From the NCBI GenBank assembly GCA_017431785.1, contig JAFRKJ010000044.1, forward strand, positions 3,346-67,345: 64,000 nt of DNA. Reading direction: 5' to 3'. The position numbers and the translations under genes were made by a program. Shown here piece by piece: positions 60,443-64,000 of the stretch (the first letter of the stretch is position 1; each line of letters begins with the position of its first letter). The notes under the pieces were generated by a model that saw only the letters and a list, made by a program, of their open reading frames with translations, was not told where the DNA came from and did no database searches. The DNA comes from Bacillota bacterium (lineage in GTDB: Bacteria > Bacillota > Clostridia > Peptostreptococcales > Anaerovoracaceae).

Positions 60443-60505
60443 ACAGCGTTTATTATAACAAAAAAGAGCCGCATACGCGACTCTTATTGTTCCCATTATT
60501 AGCGC

Positions 60506-61942
60506 TTAATAGCACACATGACATGGTGTCAGGCCTCTTTTCTTGGCTTTGCTCAAAGTTGATTTGTAGATTGCATTTGCATTTCTTAAGCCCCAGCAGT
60601 AATAATCACAGTGATATCGTTTGCCGGTTCTCGTCGTATACACATATACTGGCGGCGGATTTTTAACGGTCACTTTACACTTTAATGTAACACCGTTTGA
60701 TTTTACTGTAATCGTACACTTGCCCTTCTTTTTCGCCTTTATGACTCCTTTCGCCGAAACAGTCGCAATCCTTTTATTGGATGACTTGAATTTTGCCGTC
60801 CCGACTTTGCCGATGATCTTCAATTGTTTTGTTTTGCCCTTTACCAGAGATACGCTCTTGGGGCTCAAATACGGCTTTTTTACAGTCACTGTGCATTTGA
60901 GAGTAATGCCGTTTGATTTCACGCTGATGGTACAAGTGCCTGCTTTTTTGGCTGTTATTTTGCCCCCACTGCTTACTGTTGCGACCTTCGAATTGCTGGA
61001 CTTGAAATACGCAGTGCCGACCTTGCCTGTGACTTTCAGTACTTTGCTTCCTTTGAGATAAATGGTAGCTTTGCTCATGTTCAGGCTTGGGTTTTTGACC
61101 GTGATCTTTACTGTTTTCTTCGCAAATCCGTTCTTTGCGGTAATCGTTGCCGTTCCTTTGGCTTTCGCTGTAATCTTACCCGCTGAAGTAACTGTTGCAA
61201 CTTTCGTATTCGAGGAAGTGTATGTGGTCTTCCCATTTGGGTTATTCACTGTTGCCTTTAACTGAAGCGTCCCTGTACGATACAGTGTTGCAGCAGTCTT
61301 GTTCAAAGTGATGGAAGTGGCCACTATTGAATATGTCAGCTCGACACTCCCTGTATAATCTCCCATTCCGCAAATATATACCTTATATGTTCCGACACTC
61401 GTAGGGTCCTGTTCTGCTTCCTCATAAGATATATACCATTCGCCGTCCTGCTCATTATATTGTTCTACTTCTCTTTGCACGATTTCATAATCATGATCTA
61501 CATAGTAGTCAACGCCTTCAATCAAATCATTGCAAACCACATCAGGAATATGTGGCTGTCCATCATAAAAAAACTTCGACTGGGACAGCGCAAAGGTGTA
61601 ATCCTCTATATTATGCGACGGAACGATTTCCCCGCTTCCCGGCTCTTCACCAGTTCCGCCAGGTTCTCCGTTTGCTTCTCCACCTGGATTCTCGTTGAAA
61701 TTTTCATCCTGGTTGTCTACGATTGTTCCTGATTCCGGCACACCTGCTTCTCCGGCAGAAGTGCCTGCATCCAACTCCTCTGATGAAGTTTGTCCGGTTT
61801 CCGTTGCTGCTGAAGTCGCTGCAGCAGACGTTGTTGCAGTTGTTTCCTGCTCAGAGCCCTCATTTTCAGCCGAGAAGGCAAAAGCCGGGACAAAAGCAAA
61901 GATCATAGAGATTGTCAAAACAATGCTTATTATTCTTTTCAT
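60506..61942 (-). CDS. Secreted protein with three Big_2 Ig-like domains and a C-terminal Cys/His module
   Basis: Signal peptide; repeated SSNxKVATVxxxGKITAK; VYTTRTGKRYHC...C...GLTPCHVC. Confidence 0.8.
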   Translation of the reverse strand: MKRIISIVLTISMIFAFVPAFAFSAENEGSEQETTATTSAAATSAATETGQTSSEELDAGTSAGEAGVPESGTIVDNQDENFNENPGGEANGEPGGTGEEPGSGEIVPSHNIEDYTFALSQSKFFYDGQPHIPDVVCNDLIEGVDYYVDHDYEIVQREVEQYNEQDGEWYISYEEAEQDPTSVGTYKVYICGMGDYTGSVELTYSIVATSITLNKTAATLYRTGTLQLKATVNNPNGKTTYTSSNTKVATVTSAGKITAKAKGTATITAKNGFAKKTVKITVKNPSLNMSKATIYLKGSKVLKVTGKVGTAYFKSSNSKVATVSSGGKITAKKAGTCTISVKSNGITLKCTVTVKKPYLSPKSVSLVKGKTKQLKIIGKVGTAKFKSSNKRIATVSAKGVIKAKKKGKCTITVKSNGVTLKCKVTVKNPPPVYVYTTRTGKRYHCDYYCWGLRNANAIYKSTLSKAKKRGLTPCHVCY

Positions 61943-62014
61943 GACATATATTCCTTAACAATACTCCCAGCAGTGTGCTGGGAGCTGAACCAAAAATGGT
62001 AAATCAATACATGA

Positions 62015-63073
62015 TTATTTATCAATTTCTAACAAAGCCTCGATGAAACGATCCATCAGTTCGGCTTCGCCTGTCGTAACACGCAGACAGTCATTCATAT
62101 CGCCAATACCGCGGTATGTCTTGATCAGAATCATCTTCTCCGCTTTCATTCTGGCGACAACTGTATTCGCATCTGTCTTAGGCTCAATGAAAATGAAGTT
62201 TCCTTCCTTGGCATTGACCTGATATCCATGCTTTCTAAGTTCCTCTACGAGATGCTTCTTGCCGTTGACCTGTTTCTCGATCAGGGATTCGAGCATGCCC
62301 GGTGTCTCCATGATGGCCATTGCGAACTTCATCGCAAAAGCATTGACGTTGTGCGGTGTGCACAGTTTCTGAATCATTGCGATTCCATCAGCCTGACCGA
62401 CAACATAACCGAGTCTGCATCCCGCCAGAGAGAACAGTTTCGAGAATGTTCTCGTCAGGAAGACATGGTCATTTTCAAGTGCATACTTTATGAAAGAATT
62501 TGGATAGAAATAATAGTACGCCTCATCGATGAGAACGGTAGCCTCATTTTCTTTTGCAGCAGCGACGATTCTGTCCATGTCCTCGTAAGAATAGACATCA
62601 CCCATCGGGTTGTTCGGGTTCAGAACCACAACGATATCGATGTCCGGCTTGATTTGCTCAATCAGCTTATCCACATTGAATGTGAGGTCATCCTCATAGG
62701 AAACGCCGATGTGCTGCCTTCCGTACATCTTTGAGTATACTTCATACATGGCATATGAAGGCGCAACGGAAAGGATCTTTCCGCCAGGTCTTGAATACGC
62801 TTCAATAATGTGTCTGATGCCTTCCGCAGAACCATTCGTAAGGCATATCTCTTCGAGCTTGGCGCCTATCTTCGCGCCGAGTTTCTCTGTGAACTCCTTT
62901 GTCTCCGGATACTGTGCAACAAACTGCGGCGTTACTTCATCAAGGACCTTTCTGATAAAATCTTCCGGCAGTCCTCCCGGATTCTCATTCAGGTCCATAC
63001 GAAGATACTCTTCTCTGGAATTCTGGTCAAATATTCTGAACAGATCGCGGACGTTTGGGTTTAAATAATACAT
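62015..63073 (-). CDS. HisC-family PLP aminotransferase (not in a his operon)
   Basis: LNENP, NPNNPMG, DEAY, RTFSKLFSLAGCRLGY. Confidence 0.85.
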   Translation of the reverse strand: MYYLNPNVRDLFRIFDQNSREEYLRMDLNENPGGLPEDFIRKVLDEVTPQFVAQYPETKEFTEKLGAKIGAKLEEICLTNGSAEGIRHIIEAYSRPGGKILSVAPSYAMYEVYSKMYGRQHIGVSYEDDLTFNVDKLIEQIKPDIDIVVVLNPNNPMGDVYSYEDMDRIVAAAKENEATVLIDEAYYYFYPNSFIKYALENDHVFLTRTFSKLFSLAGCRLGYVVGQADGIAMIQKLCTPHNVNAFAMKFAMAIMETPGMLESLIEKQVNGKKHLVEELRKHGYQVNAKEGNFIFIEPKTDANTVVARMKAEKMILIKTYRGIGDMNDCLRVTTGEAELMDRFIEALLEIDK

Positions 63074-63082
63074 GTCTCTTTC

Positions 63083-64000
63083 CTATCTTTCCTTTGCTAT
63101 CGCTTCTTCTAAAATTGCAGTAACTTTCCAAGAATCTTTTTCCGAGAAAAACTTTGTTTCTATGATATCCTGATTCAGCATGTCAACCAGATTGGCAAGC
63201 AGGAATCGGAATCCATTGCTGTCAAAGTTCATATTGAATACCTGGCTGGAGCCATCGGTCTTATCCATTTCGAAGTAATCGGCTTTCCACCAGTTATCGC
63301 CAATGCTGATCGTTCCCTTTGTTCCGATGATTTCGATCTGATTTCCTACTCTGATCTTGTTTCCGACATTGATCTTCGCTTTCCCTGTCGGATACTCGAA
63401 ATACATCGTTGCGTATTCAATCGATTCGCCTTCATAGATCAGTCTGCTGTCCATGCTGAGGTAATCATGTCCAAGTATCTTCAACATAGGAACAACCGCC
63501 ATACCTGCCAGTTCGTAGAACAGATACGGAATATCCAGATCCTTCTTTGAAACGGAACAATTGAAGTCGATGACATCTCCAATCAATCCCCCCTGGACCG
63601 CCCACATCATCTGGATAAAGGTCTGGGAGTATGGTGCCTTGATATTGTCCAGTAATATCCTATCATTTTCTTTGGCGATATTCCACAGTTCTTTCTGCTT
63701 GTTGGAATCCAATGAGAACGGGAAGTCACAAATGACATGCTTTCCTGCCTGAAGGGCGTCTTTGGCAAGTCTGTATCTGTCTTTTATATCCGCTCTTACG
63801 AAAATGACGTCTGAATCCTCGTATAACTCTTCCGGGGTTTCAGCGACTCCTGGCAGCTCATACTTTTTGCAGAATTCTTCCGCGATGTCTTTATCTTCAG
63901 AATAGACCTTCCCCATCTTAACTCCGGCGATCAGATTGGATTCTTTAACGATCTGATTGTCGCTCATCTTGTCTGTGATGACTCCAATCTTGTAGATCGT
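63083..64000 (-). CDS. Gfo/Idh/MocA-like oxidoreductase domain protein; 5' end lies outside the window
   Basis: Frame stays open to the edge (TIYKIGVITDKMSD...); ALQAGKHVICDFP; GLIGDV; IIGTKG. Confidence 0.7.
   Translation of the reverse strand, partial: TIYKIGVITDKMSDNQIVKESNLIAGVKMGKVYSEDKDIAEEFCKKYELPGVAETPEELYEDSDVIFVRADIKDRYRLAKDALQAGKHVICDFPFSLDSNKQKELWNIAKENDRILLDNIKAPYSQTFIQMMWAVQGGLIGDVIDFNCSVSKKDLDIPYLFYELAGMAVVPMLKILGHDYLSMDSRLIYEGESIEYATMYFEYPTGKAKINVGNKIRVGNQIEIIGTKGTISIGDNWWKADYFEMDKTDGSSQVFNMNFDSNGFRFLLANLVDMLNQDIIETKFFSEKDSWKVTAILEEAIAKER

Overview
64 kb of chromosome from a ~50% GC anaerobic Bacillota (Clostridia-like; taxonomy inferred from gene content only). In order: a large secreted InlB-repeat surface protein (cut by the window edge); a chimeric queT'/'UDG remnant; an accessory block (hcp, XRE, PASTA, nitroreductase, radical SAM, SARP-like response regulator, cytoplasmic LytS-type kinase); queT; a galactoside operon; a dCache kinase with a REC-MpsC regulator; an M28 lipoprotein; rny-iscS-thiI-iorAB-srtB; radC-minD; a CoA-transferase/nifJ/ilvBN block divergent from ilvBNCD; a sigma54-driven acylating aldehyde dehydrogenase plus class III aminotransferase; lexA; cell-wall proteins; MoxR-VWA; and the end of a probable glycan-modification operon. 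No rRNA, tRNA, CRISPR-Cas, integrase or transposase was seen. Best candidates for something new: (1) an unannotated ~240-nt sRNA at 47527-47769 with a perfect sigmaA promoter, two DtxR-like GTTAG-N6-CTAAC operators and an anti-Shine-Dalgarno segment, possibly an iron-sparing sRNA; (2) a CoA-transferase + altered-pocket PFOR + second AHAS module that may make isoleucine from propionate; (3) a three-promoter GCGTTAGT-N10-TAnnAT regulon in the hcp block; (4) a paralogous queT...UDG locus collapsed by a ~9.4 kb microhomology deletion; (5) a 73-bp-period palindrome array. All functional calls come from motif recognition without database searches.
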